From assembly GCA_965218425.1 (NCBI GenBank), contig OZ244621.1, forward strand, positions 3,840,001-3,904,000: a stretch of 64,000 bases of DNA. The letters are read 5' to 3'. How positions within the stretch are numbered: the stretch's first letter is position 1; each line of letters begins with the position of its first letter. This stretch comes from an uncultured Candidatus Binatia bacterium. Its GTDB lineage: Bacteria; Desulfobacterota; Binatia; UBA9968; CAXXLF01. Positions 49,338-61,384 of this stretch are shown piece by piece. A model generated the notes under the pieces. The model saw only the letters and a list, made by a program, of their open reading frames with translations. It was not told the DNA's origin and searched no databases. Position numbers and translations under genes: made by a program.

Positions 49338-50809
49338 CTAGACCTTCGAGCTTAAATAGGCTTGAAACAGGTGCTTGACTCGTCCTGACCTGCCCCCCTT
49401 GATTGTCCTCACCTGGAGGGTAGTCTTTGACCCAAGAGGAGGGGGACGCATGCGCAGGAGCCGATTCAGCGAACAACAGATCATCGGGAAACTGAAGGAG
49501 CACCAGGCGAGACTGGGGGTGGCGGAGCTGTGTCGCAAGCACGGCATCAGTGAGGCGACGTTTTACAAGTGGCGCTCGAAGTAGGGCGGGCTGGAGGTGT
49601 CTGAGGCGAAACGGCTTCGGAACCTGGAAGCGCAGAACACCAAGCTGAAGCGCCTTTTGGCGGAAGCGATGCTGGACGTATCGACGCTTAAGGAGATGGT
49701 GGGAAAAGACTTCTGACGCCGGGGTCCAAGAGAGAAGCCGTGGACTGGGCGATGAAGGAAGGGGGCCACTCACAGCGGCGGGCTTGCGCTCTGGTGGACA
49801 TTGAGCCGCGGGTGTAGCGGTATCGGTCGATGAGACCAGATGACGGGGAGCTACGGCAGAGGCTGCGGGAGCTGGCGGCGGAACGGCGTCGGTTTGGGTA
49901 TCGGCGCCTGCACCTGTTGCTTTTGCGGGAGGGCGTGGTGTTGAATCGCAAGAAGCTCTACCGGCTCTACAAGGAGGAGAAGTTGGCGGTGCGCAAGAGG
50001 GTGCTTGGGAGCCGGGCGCCGATGACGATCCCGCAGGGGGCCAATCAGCGCTGGTCGGTGGACTTCGCATCCGACGCCCTGATCGACAGCCGGCATTTCG
50101 GTGTGCTCTGCGTCATCGACGACTTCACACGGGAGTGCCTGGCCACCATCGTCAGCAACTCCATCACCGGTGAGCGGGTTGCCACAGAGCTGGACAACAT
50201 TGCGCAATGGCGTGGTAATCCCTTGTTGGTGGTTTCCGACAACGGCACCGAGTTCACGTCCAATGCGATGCTACGATGGCAGCAGGGTCGCCGGGTAGAG
50301 TGGCACGACATCGCTCCAGGCAAGCCCATGCACAACGGGCTGGTCGAGAGCTTCATCGGGCCTCTGGGTGATGAATGCCTGAACGAGCACATGTTCACAA
50401 GCTAGCGCAAAGCCCGCGAGATCATCGAAGACTGGAGGGCCGACTACAACGCCAGGAGACCACACACGAGCCTCCACGGACTGACGCCGACGGAGTTTGC
50501 AATCCGGTCCCGATCGGAACACAGTGAAACACGGCTAACTTATACGTGAGGACAAAAAGGGGTGCAGGCCACATCCACAAGATTCAAAGCGATGGGACAA
50601 TGAGGATGAATTTTAGGGCTGAGGGGGCAATTGGGGCATCGACGATAAGACAACCGCGTCCATTCAGGAGCGGAAGACTTCCCCTGTGGAATCAGGAAGA
50701 GGGTTTCTCCATTCAGTCTGAGCTCGAATTCTCAAACGGTCTTATCCGAGAATGTAAACTGATACTCAATAAAGACTGATTCTTCTTCTAATCCTTTGTC
50801 CGCATTCAC
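49338..50809 (-). pseudogene. Cys-motif protein gene (DUF6901-like from memory) split by an IS3 remnant
   Basis: Right flank translates ...PEWTRLSYRRCPNCPLSPKIHPHCPIALNLVDV up to the IR; left flank resumes GRVKHLFQAYLSSKV*. Confidence 0.55.
49386..50571 (+). mobile_element. Degenerate IS3-family element (IS407/IS150-like)
   Basis: IRs tgacctgccccccttgattgtcctcac / gtgaggacaaaaaggggtgcaggcca. orfA MRRSRFSEQQII has a TAG at 49582; orfB (WSVDF, SDNGTEF, NGLVESF) has stops; no TSD. Confidence 0.9.
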
Positions 50810-50986
50810 GATCCGTCTTGCTTCCAACTGTGAAGGTACATTTTCGATGGTACCACAGAGGGGCGGAGCAAGCGAGGAGGGATCAGGGTGGGGTTCCTAA
50901 GAAATGGTTCTAGGTAGCGATCCAGGCTGTTGGGAAAGAGTAAAATTCGTTGTGATGTCGATGGTGGCAAGAAAGGGGCAAAGTGT

Positions 50987-51451
50987 TTATTCCGAGGTTT
51001 GCGCTTCCTCTTCAGAAACCACTGTGACCTTGATACTCGCCGTCACATCGTTGGCTAAACGGATGGGAACTTCGTAGTCTCCAACGTTTTTAATGGGTTC
51101 CGTCAGATGAATTTTACGGCGCTCGATGCTGTGTCCCATTTCCTTGAGTGCTCTTTCAATATGGATATTGGTGACGGAACCAAAGAGCTTTCCCTCCTCG
51201 CCAACTCTAGCCGGAATCCTAAGGGACACAGCGGATAGTTTATCGCCCAGAGATTGCGCCGAAGACAAGGCACGTTCCCGCTTCCCTGCAATCACTCGCT
51301 TTTCATGTTCCAGGGCCTTTAGGTTTTTTTTGCTGGCAAGGAGAACCAATCCACGAGGCAAAAGATAGTTCCTGGCATATCCATCTTTGACTCGGACGAC
51401 GTCGCCCATCTTGCCAAGGTTAAAGATATCTTCCTTCAAAACCACTTCCAT
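50987..51451 (-). CDS. rplI: 50S ribosomal protein L9
   Basis: MEVVLKEDIFNLGKMGDVVRVKDGYARNYLLP, GKLFGSVT. Confidence 0.97.
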   Translation of the reverse strand: MEVVLKEDIFNLGKMGDVVRVKDGYARNYLLPRGLVLLASKKNLKALEHEKRVIAGKRERALSSAQSLGDKLSAVSLRIPARVGEEGKLFGSVTNIHIERALKEMGHSIERRKIHLTEPIKNVGDYEVPIRLANDVTASIKVTVVSEEEAQTSE

Positions 51452-51462
51452 ATATTCCCCCC

Positions 51463-52449
51463 CTAGGAATCTTGCTCGGACATCTGGTCCTGATTCATAT
51501 CTCGATTCTTGAGCCGGCGAAAATCACCCCACAGATCAAACAGTCCAAGCCCCATCACGGCAAGGGTCACCAACTGCTCGAATGCAATGAGCGCGTATCC
51601 GATGCCTCGCAAGAAGAGAGGCACCCTCTTGTGATAAAAAAAATAGGCCACAATCGCCAAGCCTTGAAACAAGTAAAAGGGCGAAACGATGAGTAGGACA
51701 TTTAATGCAAGGGTATTAAGACCCCAGGCCGAGGGGAGAAAAAGACAAAAACCTGAAACGATAAAACACCATACCACCGGCTCTGGAGAACTCCATTCTT
51801 TCAAGTCCCCGAGTGAATAAAATGTGGCTCGGTGCTGCGGGAATCGATAGGAAAGGATCACGAGGTTAATGAGAATAATGGTTATAAAGCTCAAAAAGGT
51901 CAGGGCCGGCATAATCTGTAAGATGACATCAATGATCTGTGGCGAGCGCTCACGAGCCATTTCGAGGGTCTGTGGGGAAAATCCTGCTTGTTCATAAATC
52001 TTGAGTGAGAGATCCAAGTTTTCCCTTAGTGCATTTCCGGCCACCTCACGAAGCTGGGATAGGGGGCCAACTAGAACTAACATGAACGTATACAGCACAC
52101 AAAACATACCGGCCGCGGTGCCCACCACCACACGGTGGAGGGGCCACTCACGACCGAAAAAGTAAAAGAACAGCACCACCATGAAGGCGAGGAGTAAAAA
52201 CCCCACGGTAATCTCTCCCCCCCACAACAGAAACAGCGACACACTTACGGCGGACAGAACAGCAAAGGCTGGTCCCTTCCCGTATTTCACGCCGAAGGCA
52301 AGGCTTGGCTGAGGTACAAGGGGAATTAACAGGATTCCGGCCATGGGAATCACCAGTCCGGACATGAACAGAAAGAACGTTGCCGCCGCAGCGCCAATAA
52401 ATCTGATGGGGAGATTAATCCGATTCATCAGCGTTTCGGGCATCCTCAA
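51463..52449 (-). CDS. DUF2232 (YybS-like) membrane protein
   Basis: Polytopic; [21 protein letters not shown]; conserved position between rpsR and rplI. Confidence 0.85.
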   Translation of the reverse strand: MRMPETLMNRINLPIRFIGAAAATFFLFMSGLVIPMAGILLIPLVPQPSLAFGVKYGKGPAFAVLSAVSVSLFLLWGGEITVGFLLLAFMVVLFFYFFGREWPLHRVVVGTAAGMFCVLYTFMLVLVGPLSQLREVAGNALRENLDLSLKIYEQAGFSPQTLEMARERSPQIIDVILQIMPALTFLSFITIILINLVILSYRFPQHRATFYSLGDLKEWSSPEPVVWCFIVSGFCLFLPSAWGLNTLALNVLLIVSPFYLFQGLAIVAYFFYHKRVPLFLRGIGYALIAFEQLVTLAVMGLGLFDLWGDFRRLKNRDMNQDQMSEQDS

Positions 52450-52733
52450 TTCTTGGCAGTGGTAAACGGCAAGAGGGCTACAATCCTAGCCCTTTTGATG
52501 GCAATGGATAGACGGTGTTGGTGATGATTGCAGTTACCGGTGATTCGACTGGGAATAATCTTGCCCCTCTCGGAGATAAACTGTCCCAAGAGGCGGGTGT
52601 CCTTATAATCAATCTTGATATCTCTGTTCGAGCAAAAACGGCAGACCTTCCTGCCGCGACTCATGGGGCGCCGGCGCTGCGGTCGCCCTTCTTCATCCAT
52701 GCGATCTCGACTGTATCCTGATTCCATTGCCAT
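52446..52733 (-). CDS. rpsR: 30S ribosomal protein S18
   Basis: KVCRFC...IDYKD...[28 protein letters not shown]. Confidence 0.97.
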   Translation of the reverse strand: MAMESGYSRDRMDEEGRPQRRRPMSRGRKVCRFCSNRDIKIDYKDTRLLGQFISERGKIIPSRITGNCNHHQHRLSIAIKRARIVALLPFTTAKN

Positions 52734-52795
52734 ATTATTCTGTCATTCTCCTTTTTTCATTTTCAGGCTACCAATGGTTATTTTTCGCTTGCCAA

Positions 52796-53194
52796 TCAAG
52801 ATCCCGATTCTCCTTGTTTCGCCGCTTCCTCGGTCCCCGCCTTTGCTCCCTGGAGCTGTTCCTTCGGGGTTGGCTTTGACTCCGGGAGGGCCTCCTCTTC
52901 CACGCGAATTGTGAGAAATCGCATGACTCCCTCGATCAGCTTCATGTTACGTTCAAGTTCCTCTACAATTCCGGCGGTGGCCCGGTATTTCATGAGGGTG
53001 AAGTACCCCCGACCCAGTTTTTGAATGGGATAGGCCAGATCCCTGTTCCCCCACTCCTCGACGCTAAAGTCGGTTCCCTTCAAATCTTCGATAATTTTCT
53101 TAAATCTTTCGATGAACTCCTTTGCCTTCCCCCCCAACTCCGGACGAAGAATAAAGAGAGTTTCATTAAGTGTGAATTCTCTTTGCTTTTCCAT
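52796..53194 (-). CDS. rpsF: 30S ribosomal protein S6
   Basis: ETLFILRPEL...WGNRDLAYPIQKLGRGYF...VMRFL. Confidence 0.95.
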   Translation of the reverse strand: MEKQREFTLNETLFILRPELGGKAKEFIERFKKIIEDLKGTDFSVEEWGNRDLAYPIQKLGRGYFTLMKYRATAGIVEELERNMKLIEGVMRFLTIRVEEEALPESKPTPKEQLQGAKAGTEEAAKQGESGS

Positions 53195-53273
53195 AATTAA
53201 TCAGATGATTAGCACAGGATAATACCCTTTACAATTGACCTCCTCCAATATCAGGCGCTGGATTTTACCGCCG

Positions 53274-55322
53274 TTAAACCAGTAACGGGGCAATAACCAG
53301 AGACACGACGGACATGAGCTTGATAAGAATGTTCATGGAAGGACCCGAAGTGTCTTTGAAGGGATCCCCCACAGTATCCCCCACCACGGCGGCTTTGTGT
53401 CCGTCTGAACCCTTTAGCTCGCCCGCGATTTCACCCTTTTCAATAGCTTTCTTTGCGTTATCCCAAGCCCCACCTGCATTGGCCATGGTTAAGGCTAAAA
53501 GGACGCCGGTAATCAGGGCACCAGCCAACATCCCGCCCAGAGCCGCCGGACCCACAAGAAATCCAATCACCACCGGCGATATCACCGCTACAACCCCTGG
53601 AATAATCATTTCCTTGAGGGCGGCACGGGTCGATATATCCACGCAACGAGCAGCGTCGGGTTTGACACCTTCCCGACCTTCCAGTAGCCCGGGTATCTCG
53701 CGAAACTGGCGTCTGATTTCGTCCACCATATTTCCGGCAGCTCGACCCACCGCAGTCATGGTCATGGCACCGATCAAAAATGGAATGGTACCGCCAATGA
53801 ACAGCCCGATAACAACCTGCGGCTCGGTTATGATAATTTGAAGTGCCGGCTGACCCTTGGCCAATAGCTCGGCGTTCACGGTCGAAGTGTAGGCCGAAAA
53901 CAGCGCCAAAGCCGTCAGGGCCGCTGATCCTATGGCAAAACCCTTACCGATGGCCGCGGTTGTATTGCCTAGAGAATCTAAACCATCGGTGATCTTACGC
54001 ACCTCCGGTCCAAGGGAGCACATTTCAGAGATTCCACCTGCATTATCTGCGATGGGTCCATAGGCATCCACACTCATGGTGATCCCTACGGTGGCAAGCA
54101 TGGCTACAGCTGCCACGCCAATTCCGTAAAGCCCGGCCATATAATTTGCCACGAAGATAGCAAGACAAATAAAAAGTGCAGGTAAAGCGCAGCTCTCCAA
54201 ACCCACCGCCAATCCGTGGATGATATTTGTGGCGGCGCCCGTTCGGCTTGCTTCGGCGATGCGATAGACCGGTTTGGAGGAAGTGTAATATTCCGTGATC
54301 AATCCAATGGCAATTCCAGTCACGGAACCGGAAAGAACCGCCCAAAAAATTCCTATGCTGATACCATAGCTTTGAACCAGCAAGAAGGCGCCTGCCAAAA
54401 ATAATACGGCGGTAATCAAAGTGGAGCCCCTCAGTGCAGACTGTGGATTGATTCTCTTTAATAGACGCATGGAGGAAATCCCTAGTACGGATGCAATAAG
54501 TCCCGTTAAGGCAAGGCTCAATGGGTAAGCCATAAGCACCAGCCTTGGATTGTCTTGCGCAGAAGTTAGCAGCCCCTTGAGATTTGGTTCCGTCAAGGTC
54601 ACAGCAATTGCAATGGCGGCAATAATGGATCCCACATAGGATTCAAATAGATCGGCTCCCATTCCACCCACATCCCCAACGTTATCGCCTACATTGTCAG
54701 CAATAACGCCGGGATTTCGCGGGTCGTCCTCCGGAATCCCAGCCTCCACTTTGCCCACAAGATCCGAACCCACATCAGCGGCTTTAGTGTAGATCCCTCC
54801 GCCCAGGCGGGCAAACAATGCGATGGAACTCGCGCCCATGGCAAAACCATTGATGATCTTTGCTGTATTAGGTTCACCGTAAAGGAGATAAAAAATGCCG
54901 ACCCCCACAAGGCCCAAGCTCGCAACGGAAAGGCCCATGACTGAGCCACCGTTAAAAGCCACTAGCAGGGCTTCTCCCTGGCCCTGATCCATGGCAGCTT
55001 GCGCAGTCCTGACGTTGGCCCGGGTTGCCGCTTTCATCCCGAAGAACCCCGCCAGCATTGAACAGAACGCACCGGCTAAGAATGCTATGGCCGTGCGAAT
55101 GCCAAGTTGCCACCCCAGGAGAACGGCTACCACGATGATGAAGATGACCAGTATGCGATACTCCCGCATCAAGAAGGCCATGGCTCCTTCATATATGGCA
55201 TCCGCCACTTCTTGCATCTTAGGACTTACGACCGGGATCCGTCGAATACCCAAATAGACCAATAATGCGATAATGAGACCACCCACACCAAAAAAAGGAA
55301 CTGCCGATACCACCCCCTGCAT
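53274..55322 (-). CDS. hppA: Membrane-bound pyrophosphatase, K+-dependent, probably Na+-translocating
   Basis: [62 protein letters not shown]. Start ATG 55322. Confidence 0.95.
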   Translation of the reverse strand: MQGVVSAVPFFGVGGLIIALLVYLGIRRIPVVSPKMQEVADAIYEGAMAFLMREYRILVIFIIVVAVLLGWQLGIRTAIAFLAGAFCSMLAGFFGMKAATRANVRTAQAAMDQGQGEALLVAFNGGSVMGLSVASLGLVGVGIFYLLYGEPNTAKIINGFAMGASSIALFARLGGGIYTKAADVGSDLVGKVEAGIPEDDPRNPGVIADNVGDNVGDVGGMGADLFESYVGSIIAAIAIAVTLTEPNLKGLLTSAQDNPRLVLMAYPLSLALTGLIASVLGISSMRLLKRINPQSALRGSTLITAVLFLAGAFLLVQSYGISIGIFWAVLSGSVTGIAIGLITEYYTSSKPVYRIAEASRTGAATNIIHGLAVGLESCALPALFICLAIFVANYMAGLYGIGVAAVAMLATVGITMSVDAYGPIADNAGGISEMCSLGPEVRKITDGLDSLGNTTAAIGKGFAIGSAALTALALFSAYTSTVNAELLAKGQPALQIIITEPQVVIGLFIGGTIPFLIGAMTMTAVGRAAGNMVDEIRRQFREIPGLLEGREGVKPDAARCVDISTRAALKEMIIPGVVAVISPVVIGFLVGPAALGGMLAGALITGVLLALTMANAGGAWDNAKKAIEKGEIAGELKGSDGHKAAVVGDTVGDPFKDTSGPSMNILIKLMSVVSLVIAPLLV

Positions 55323-55332
55323 AGATACTCCT

Positions 55333-55899
55333 TTAGTTTGATTGATTAAACTTTTCCATTGCTTGACGAACCCCATCCTTGAGAAGACTTTGGACGGCTT
55401 GTGCAGCCCGTGAAACCACCTGCCCCACCAGGGGCCGTTCTTCTTCAGAAAAAGGGCTCAGAACAAAACCGGTGGGATCCACTCCCCCAGGAGGACGTCC
55501 AATCCCAATGCGAACTCGAAAAAAATTCTCGTCCCCCAAGGCCTCAAGGATCGATAGAACTCCTCGATGTCCGCCGGCACTCCCCTTCGCACGTAGTCGG
55601 ATTCGGCCAAAGGACAAATCCAGATCGTCATGGATCACCACAAGATCCTCCGCCGATACGGGCAGGTAGCGGAATAAAGACGTTATCGCCTCCCCACTGC
55701 GGTTCATATAAGACTGCGGTTTCACCAGCAAGATTCTCTCATGGTCCAACTCCCAACCACCTACCAATGAGTGATACTTTTTTTCACTCACTGAAACGCA
55801 ATGTTCCCCTGCGAGATGGTCCACCACCATGAACCCCAGATTGTGCCTTCCCCGACCATGGCGCTTCCCAGGGTTGCCTAAACCCACAACGATTTTCAC
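55333..55899 (-). CDS. pth: Peptidyl-tRNA hydrolase
   Basis: [41 protein letters not shown]. Confidence 0.96.
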   Translation of the reverse strand: MKIVVGLGNPGKRHGRGRHNLGFMVVDHLAGEHCVSVSEKKYHSLVGGWELDHERILLVKPQSYMNRSGEAITSLFRYLPVSAEDLVVIHDDLDLSFGRIRLRAKGSAGGHRGVLSILEALGDENFFRVRIGIGRPPGGVDPTGFVLSPFSEEERPLVGQVVSRAAQAVQSLLKDGVRQAMEKFNQSN

Positions 55900-55935
55900 A
55901 AAGCATTCCGGAGGTGCGGCAGGAGACGGTTCAAT

Positions 55936-56601
55936 CTATGAACCGGACTCCTCCCCTGTCTTTTTTTCTTCACCTGCGGGGGCCGCAGCCTCACCACCTT
56001 CTGGAGTAACCGCAGCGGCTTCTTCGGCCTTGGGTTCCTCAACCGTCGGTGCAACCACCGTCACTAGAGTAAAGTCGGTGTCGTAAATGGCCTCGACTCC
56101 AGATGGCATGGGCAAAGTACTCACATGGAGGGTGTCTCCGATATCCAATGGCGTAACATCAACATCCAAAGAGGAAGGGATGTCCGAAGGCAGACATTCC
56201 ACCTCGATTTCACGAACCACAGGCTGCAAGATCCCTCCTCTAACGACTCCTTCGGGTTTACCAACAAAGTGCAGGGGAACTTTAACGGTGAGTTTTTCTG
56301 CTAGATCCACCTCGTAAAAATCCAAATGAAGGATTTCACCGGTAATAGCATGCACCTGAATCTCTTTGATTAGAGCCACCTTGTCCTGAAGATTCGATGA
56401 CTGCGACTTCATACGAATCAGATGGGATCCTTCCAGATCGGGAATGGATTTCAAAAGCTCTCGCTTATTCACCTGTAAGGGTATGGGTTGCAGGTTTGGA
56501 CCATAAAATACACCAGGAAGAGTGCCAATGCGTCGCAGCCGCTTTGCCGCCCGCTTATCACTGGCCTCTCTGAGTTCAATTGGAATTTCTAAGGTTTCCA
56601 A
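55936..56601 (-). CDS. rplY: 50S ribosomal protein L25 / CTC
   Basis: AKRLRR.G.LPGVFYG, LHLDFY, VPLHFVG, GGILQ; TTG start with SD AGGAGG. Confidence 0.95.
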   Translation of the reverse strand: METLEIPIELREASDKRAAKRLRRIGTLPGVFYGPNLQPIPLQVNKRELLKSIPDLEGSHLIRMKSQSSNLQDKVALIKEIQVHAITGEILHLDFYEVDLAEKLTVKVPLHFVGKPEGVVRGGILQPVVREIEVECLPSDIPSSLDVDVTPLDIGDTLHVSTLPMPSGVEAIYDTDFTLVTVVAPTVEEPKAEEAAAVTPEGGEAAAPAGEEKKTGEESGS

Positions 56602-56628
56602 GGGGGCTTACCTCCTAATCAAATTCTC

Positions 56629-57582
56629 CTACACAAACAGGGAGCTGACCGATTCCTCCAGATGAGTACGGCGAATGGCCTCCCCTATGAGTTGGGCCAC
56701 TGAAAGGGCTTTTATTTTTTTGCACTTTTGTGAGTCCTGGGTCAGCGGAATGGAGTTCGTCACGATCAACTCCTGTAGCGGTGAGTCGTTAATCCTTTGA
56801 ATGGCCTTGCCGGACAGGACAGCATGGGTACAACACGCCAAGGTCTTTTGCGCTCCGGCCTTTTGCAGTGCCTCCGAGGCCATAGCTAAAGTTCCCGCAG
56901 TGTCCACCATATCGTCCACTAAAACGGCCACTCTTCCCTCCACCTCTCCAATGATATTCATTTCATCAACCACATTGGCATCGAGTCTTCGCTTATCGAT
57001 AATAGCGAGACCGGCATTGAGATGTTTGGCAAAGGCTCTCGCCCGAAGCACCCCACCCGCATCGGGGGAGATGATTGTGACCTCATTATGATTCAGGCGC
57101 TGGCGTAGGTGCTCTAGCAACACGGGAGTCGCATACAGATTGTCCACCGGGATATTGAAAAAACCCTGAATCTGCCCCGAGTGAAGATCCAAGGTGAGGA
57201 TCCGTGAAGCTCCGGCCGTGGTAAGGAGGTCCGCCACCAGCTTCGCGCTGATGGGCACCCGGGGACTAACCTTACGGTCCTGACGAGCGTAGCCATAATA
57301 AGGAATCACCGCGGTAATTCTCTCCGCCGAGGCCCTCTTGAAGGCATCCAGCATTAACAACAACTCGAACAAATTGTTGTTTCCTGGAGCGCAGGTGGAT
57401 TGAATCACGAAAACATCGCCTCCTCGGACATTCTCGTTAACTTCAACTCTGCTTTCCCCATCGCTAAAGGTTTCCACTGTGGCCTTACCCATTGAGACAT
57501 TCAGCGAGCGGCAGATTTCCTGGGCAAGGGGAAGGTTTGAATTGCCAGCGAATATTTTCAGAGCATCACGAGATTGACGCAT
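56629..57582 (-). CDS. prs: Ribose-phosphate pyrophosphokinase
   Basis: [43 protein letters not shown]. Confidence 0.97.
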   Translation of the reverse strand: MRQSRDALKIFAGNSNLPLAQEICRSLNVSMGKATVETFSDGESRVEVNENVRGGDVFVIQSTCAPGNNNLFELLLMLDAFKRASAERITAVIPYYGYARQDRKVSPRVPISAKLVADLLTTAGASRILTLDLHSGQIQGFFNIPVDNLYATPVLLEHLRQRLNHNEVTIISPDAGGVLRARAFAKHLNAGLAIIDKRRLDANVVDEMNIIGEVEGRVAVLVDDMVDTAGTLAMASEALQKAGAQKTLACCTHAVLSGKAIQRINDSPLQELIVTNSIPLTQDSQKCKKIKALSVAQLIGEAIRRTHLEESVSSLFV

Positions 57583-57651
57583 AAGCCCACACCATTCATA
57601 CTAAAACGCTGTTTACCTAAGGTTTTTTTGGCCCACTGTGAAAGGCAATTT

Positions 57652-57725
57652 TGGCTGGGCGGGAAGGATTCGAACCTTCGATACCGGATCCAAAGTCCGG
57701 TGCCTTACCACTTGGCGACCGCCCA
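57652..57725 (-). tRNA. tRNA-Gln(TTG)
   Basis: Reverse complement TGGGCGGTCGCCAAGTGGTAAGGCACCGGACT-TTG-GATCCGG...GGTTCGAATCC...CCCAGCCA. Confidence 0.97.
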
Positions 57726-57762
57726 AGGCAGAACCTTCCACCGCACCATCCTTCCGCCACGT

Positions 57763-58044
57763 CTATTCCCCGTCGGCTTGCCTCCCCGCCTCAGCCAGTA
57801 CTCTTTCATACTGTGCAATGACTTTCTCCTCAATCATCCTCCGCGTTTCATTATTGAGGGGATGGGCGATATCTTTGTAGGTGCCGTCCTTCCTTCTTTT
57901 GCTAGGCATAGACACAAAGAGTCCTGAAGTGCCTCTTATGATTTTGAGGTCTCGAACGACAAAGCAGTGATCGAAGGTGATGGTCACATAAGCTCTGAGC
58001 TTGTCCTCATCCACGGGAAAGACCCTAATCTCAGTGAGCTCCAT
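57763..58044 (-). CDS. spoVG: SpoVG family protein
   Basis: MELTEIRVF...KLRAYVTITFD.CFVVRDLKII...GLFVSMPS...YKDIAHP. Confidence 0.95.
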   Translation of the reverse strand: MELTEIRVFPVDEDKLRAYVTITFDHCFVVRDLKIIRGTSGLFVSMPSKRRKDGTYKDIAHPLNNETRRMIEEKVIAQYERVLAEAGRQADGE

Positions 58045-58085
58045 GGGGACCTCCTTCCCGCCTGGATCGGTCTAAGGGTTCTGCC

Positions 58086-58934
58086 TTAAGTCAACAAGCG
58101 CACTAAGTAAGCTCGGACCTGTTCCTCCGATTGCAAGCAGCGAAAGGCCTTCTTGGCTTGTTGCTCTGTAGCAAATATCCCAAAGGCCGATGAACCACTC
58201 CCTGACATGAGAGCCCCGGTAGCACCTTCCTGAAGCAATCTTTCCTTGAGATGGGCTATTCGGGGGTAGCGGCTAATGGTCACCTCTTCCAGGTCATTAA
58301 CCAGCAAGCGCGCCAACTCTCCGTAGTCGTCCAAGTGAAGGCTTAACTTAGTATTCTTAATGACTTTTGTCAACTTAAACTTGAGACTCTGGTAGGCCCA
58401 TTTTGTGGATACGGGAAACCCCGGATAGAGGATAACTATCCATAACTTAGGAACCGAGGTCAATATTTTGAGTCGCTCCCCGATACCTCGGGCAATGGCG
58501 GGGCGGCCGTGAACAAAGAAGGGAACGTCAGCACCCAATTGCAAGGCCAACTGGAGCATGGTCTTCTTGCTCACCCCAAGGCCAAAAAACTGATTCAAAC
58601 CGAGCATGGTGGCGGCCGCGTCGCTGCTACCTGCGCCCAATCCCGCGCCCACGGGGATCTTCTTCCGAATATGGATATGGACTGGATGGGCTACCCCGAC
58701 ATGATGGAACACAAGCGCCGCGGCTTTGTGTGCCAGATTTTTTCCTCCGTCCGGCACCATTGGATCATCGCAAGTAACGGTCAAAGAGTTTTTTACGCCC
58801 CGAGGCTTGGTAATCTCAATCTCATCGCACAGGTCCACGGGAACCATCAGACTATCAATCAGGTGGTATCCATCCCTCCTTTTTCCCACTACCTTGAGAT
58901 ACAGATTTATCTTTGCCGGTGCGAGGAATCTCAT
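58086..58934 (-). CDS. ispE: 4-diphosphocytidyl-2-C-methyl-D-erythritol kinase
   Basis: APAKINLYL, KKIPVGAGLGAGSSDAA, LGADVPFF, NDLE, MSGSGS. Confidence 0.96.
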   Translation of the reverse strand: MRFLAPAKINLYLKVVGKRRDGYHLIDSLMVPVDLCDEIEITKPRGVKNSLTVTCDDPMVPDGGKNLAHKAAALVFHHVGVAHPVHIHIRKKIPVGAGLGAGSSDAAATMLGLNQFFGLGVSKKTMLQLALQLGADVPFFVHGRPAIARGIGERLKILTSVPKLWIVILYPGFPVSTKWAYQSLKFKLTKVIKNTKLSLHLDDYGELARLLVNDLEEVTISRYPRIAHLKERLLQEGATGALMSGSGSSAFGIFATEQQAKKAFRCLQSEEQVRAYLVRLLT

Positions 58935-59290
58935 GCCAGTCTCTAGGTAACATAGCAGACGGGGAGATACCAGTTGATGGTGCCATCAGGGTTCAGTGAC
59001 GCACCAGATTAGATTGTCGCGCCGAGGTAATTCCGCGAACAAACAAGCCTTGGGAGCCCGATACGTCTCCGGGCTCACGTCCAGTGATCTTCTATGGACT
59101 CATTGGAACCGTACAAAGAAGAAAATAAACGACAAATTTCATGCCTAAAACGGGCGATACAAAGGAGAATACACCGCCGGGGAAAGGAGTTTTAGTTGGT
59201 ACAGGCGTCACGGTGCCTGCCATGAAGGCACCTTATGGCCAAATATGGCCTAAATTGACAAAATTGTGAACTTCTACAACTACAAACCAA

Positions 59291-61111
59291 TCAACCAGCG
59301 CCCCGAATTGGAGCAGCGTGTCTCGGTTCGGCGAACCTCGCGCCGGCAACCACCAGAGTGATCACCATCAGGACACCCGTGACAGCTACCATGATGGTCG
59401 CTGCAGCTGAGGCCACACCCATGTCCCCGTCTCGCCAAAGCAGCCAAACCGAAGCCGAAAGCACCAAATTCTTGGTCTCTGTCAAGAACAAGGCCATACT
59501 TACCTCACGAAATGTAAGCAACGCTGTCCATAGCCCTGCAAATATCAATGAGGGTTTAATCAAGGGGGCAATCACCCGCCCCATGACCGAGACGTTGGAG
59601 GCTCCGCATACCCTTGCACACTCCTCCAACTCGGGAGTGACCTGGAGCAACGCGGCGTTGGTAATTCGAGTCCCGTAAGCCAAGCGATTCAACACGTTTG
59701 CGATAACTATAATAGCCACTGTCCCCCGTAGGGGAAGCCAGGGCATCCATCTGGATACTACGAGTCCAACGATGAACAAAGCGAAGGCAAAAGCCAACCC
59801 AGGGATGGCATGGGGGAGGATGGCAAGGGTGTCCATGGTTCCGCGTCCTCGAATCCGAGTGCGCACAACGATCCATGAGGTCATGAAACTAAAAAACAAC
59901 ACGAAAAACGGTACGCTCACGGTTAACACGATTGTATTTAGAATCACCGAAGGACCTCCCACCACGATGAGAAGGTCTTCGTAGTTTCGGAAGCTCAGCT
60001 TAGATAACGTCTCCACGGAAGGCATCTGTACCACCGGAAGAAGGGAAGACCAAAGAATGACGAGAATGGGTAAAACAACAGCGAGAGACAGGTACAACAG
60101 CACAAAAGCAAGGCCGGCATATTTGAAGCGACCCAGATCCACGTCCCGTGGTCGGTACCCTTTCCCTGTAATCACCCCGTAGCGATGGGCCTTGGCTAAA
60201 ACCCTATGATAAAAATGTAGGGCCAGCAGACTTGGGGCGGCAATTAAAACACCATAAACCCCTGCTGCGCCGTATTTAATTTCTGCGGCGGCCGAATCTG
60301 GCGTTGTCGGATGCACCGTATAGAATAACTCGCTTGCCAATACCGGTGCCTTCCCGCTTGCCCCTCCTAGCATGGCAGGCACTTCAAAGATAGAGATGGC
60401 CGTCATAAAATTATAGATGGCCCCGCCCAATATGGCCGGCCATATCAGTGGAAGACTGACTCCCGTGAACGTCCACCATCGACTGGCACCCGATACCCCA
60501 GCCGCTTCTTCCAAAGAAGGATCCAGAGCTCGCATGGGGCCAGAGATGAGGAAGAACATAGACGGAGTCAACACCAATCCCATCACCCATGCCATTCCAT
60601 AGGGATTGTTTAAGCTGATGGGGATGCTTTCCAGGCCCAGCAGACTTGCCAGTGAGTTGTTCAAGATGCCGATCCGCTCGTTCACCAGAATGATCCAACC
60701 CATGGCTTTGACAAACCCTGGGACCACCACTACGGTGGCGATGAGGGCCATAAAAACATTTCGAAATGGCAAGGTAGTGCGATTTAGCAACCATGCAAGG
60801 GGGCCCGCAAAGAAAACCGTAACCAGGACGGTTCCCACACCTACGATGACTGTATTGGGAATTACTTTGATAAGCAGATAGGAGTCTAAGAGTTCAGTCC
60901 AATGACTCAAGGTAAAGCCCGGGTCCACCGGCAACCCAGGCACAAAGGTCATATAAAGGACGAACAGAGTCAGCGCCACCACACATGAGAGGGCCACCCA
61001 GGAGAAGAGGAGTGGAAGCAGGTGAGGGCCAAAAAAATGTGCCAAACGAGCCCCCACCCATGTGTGCCAAGGGACCCACTTGATCGTGGATTGCCGTTCA
61101 CCCTCCGACAT
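59291..61111 (-). CDS. ABC transporter permease (FbpB-like), paralogue of 8271-9974
   Basis: Two EAA loops (SLEEAAGVSGA, ELEECARVCGA), ITGKGYRPR linker. Confidence 0.9.
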   Translation of the reverse strand: MSEGERQSTIKWVPWHTWVGARLAHFFGPHLLPLLFSWVALSCVVALTLFVLYMTFVPGLPVDPGFTLSHWTELLDSYLLIKVIPNTVIVGVGTVLVTVFFAGPLAWLLNRTTLPFRNVFMALIATVVVVPGFVKAMGWIILVNERIGILNNSLASLLGLESIPISLNNPYGMAWVMGLVLTPSMFFLISGPMRALDPSLEEAAGVSGASRWWTFTGVSLPLIWPAILGGAIYNFMTAISIFEVPAMLGGASGKAPVLASELFYTVHPTTPDSAAAEIKYGAAGVYGVLIAAPSLLALHFYHRVLAKAHRYGVITGKGYRPRDVDLGRFKYAGLAFVLLYLSLAVVLPILVILWSSLLPVVQMPSVETLSKLSFRNYEDLLIVVGGPSVILNTIVLTVSVPFFVLFFSFMTSWIVVRTRIRGRGTMDTLAILPHAIPGLAFAFALFIVGLVVSRWMPWLPLRGTVAIIVIANVLNRLAYGTRITNAALLQVTPELEECARVCGASNVSVMGRVIAPLIKPSLIFAGLWTALLTFREVSMALFLTETKNLVLSASVWLLWRDGDMGVASAAATIMVAVTGVLMVITLVVAGARFAEPRHAAPIRGAG

Positions 61112-61384
61112 TAATCAGCCCAGGGAGTCGCCGTAATGAGCGTCGGTTTGTGACAAAGAGTTGTTTGTATTATGAATCGGCAACTCACGATGAGTGTAGT
61201 TACGAACCTGGGGTTAATACATCGGCAATTCACGTAACTGCAATCCAGGATCGCATATCCATTGATATTTTGGTCGGAACCGGGTCCATGCACGGCACCT
61301 GACCTATGAGCCATGGACCCAGTTGGGGATCGCCAAGTCAAAGGGAACCTGTTTCGCAAACCCTAGCTATGGCGGGGTTCCGTT

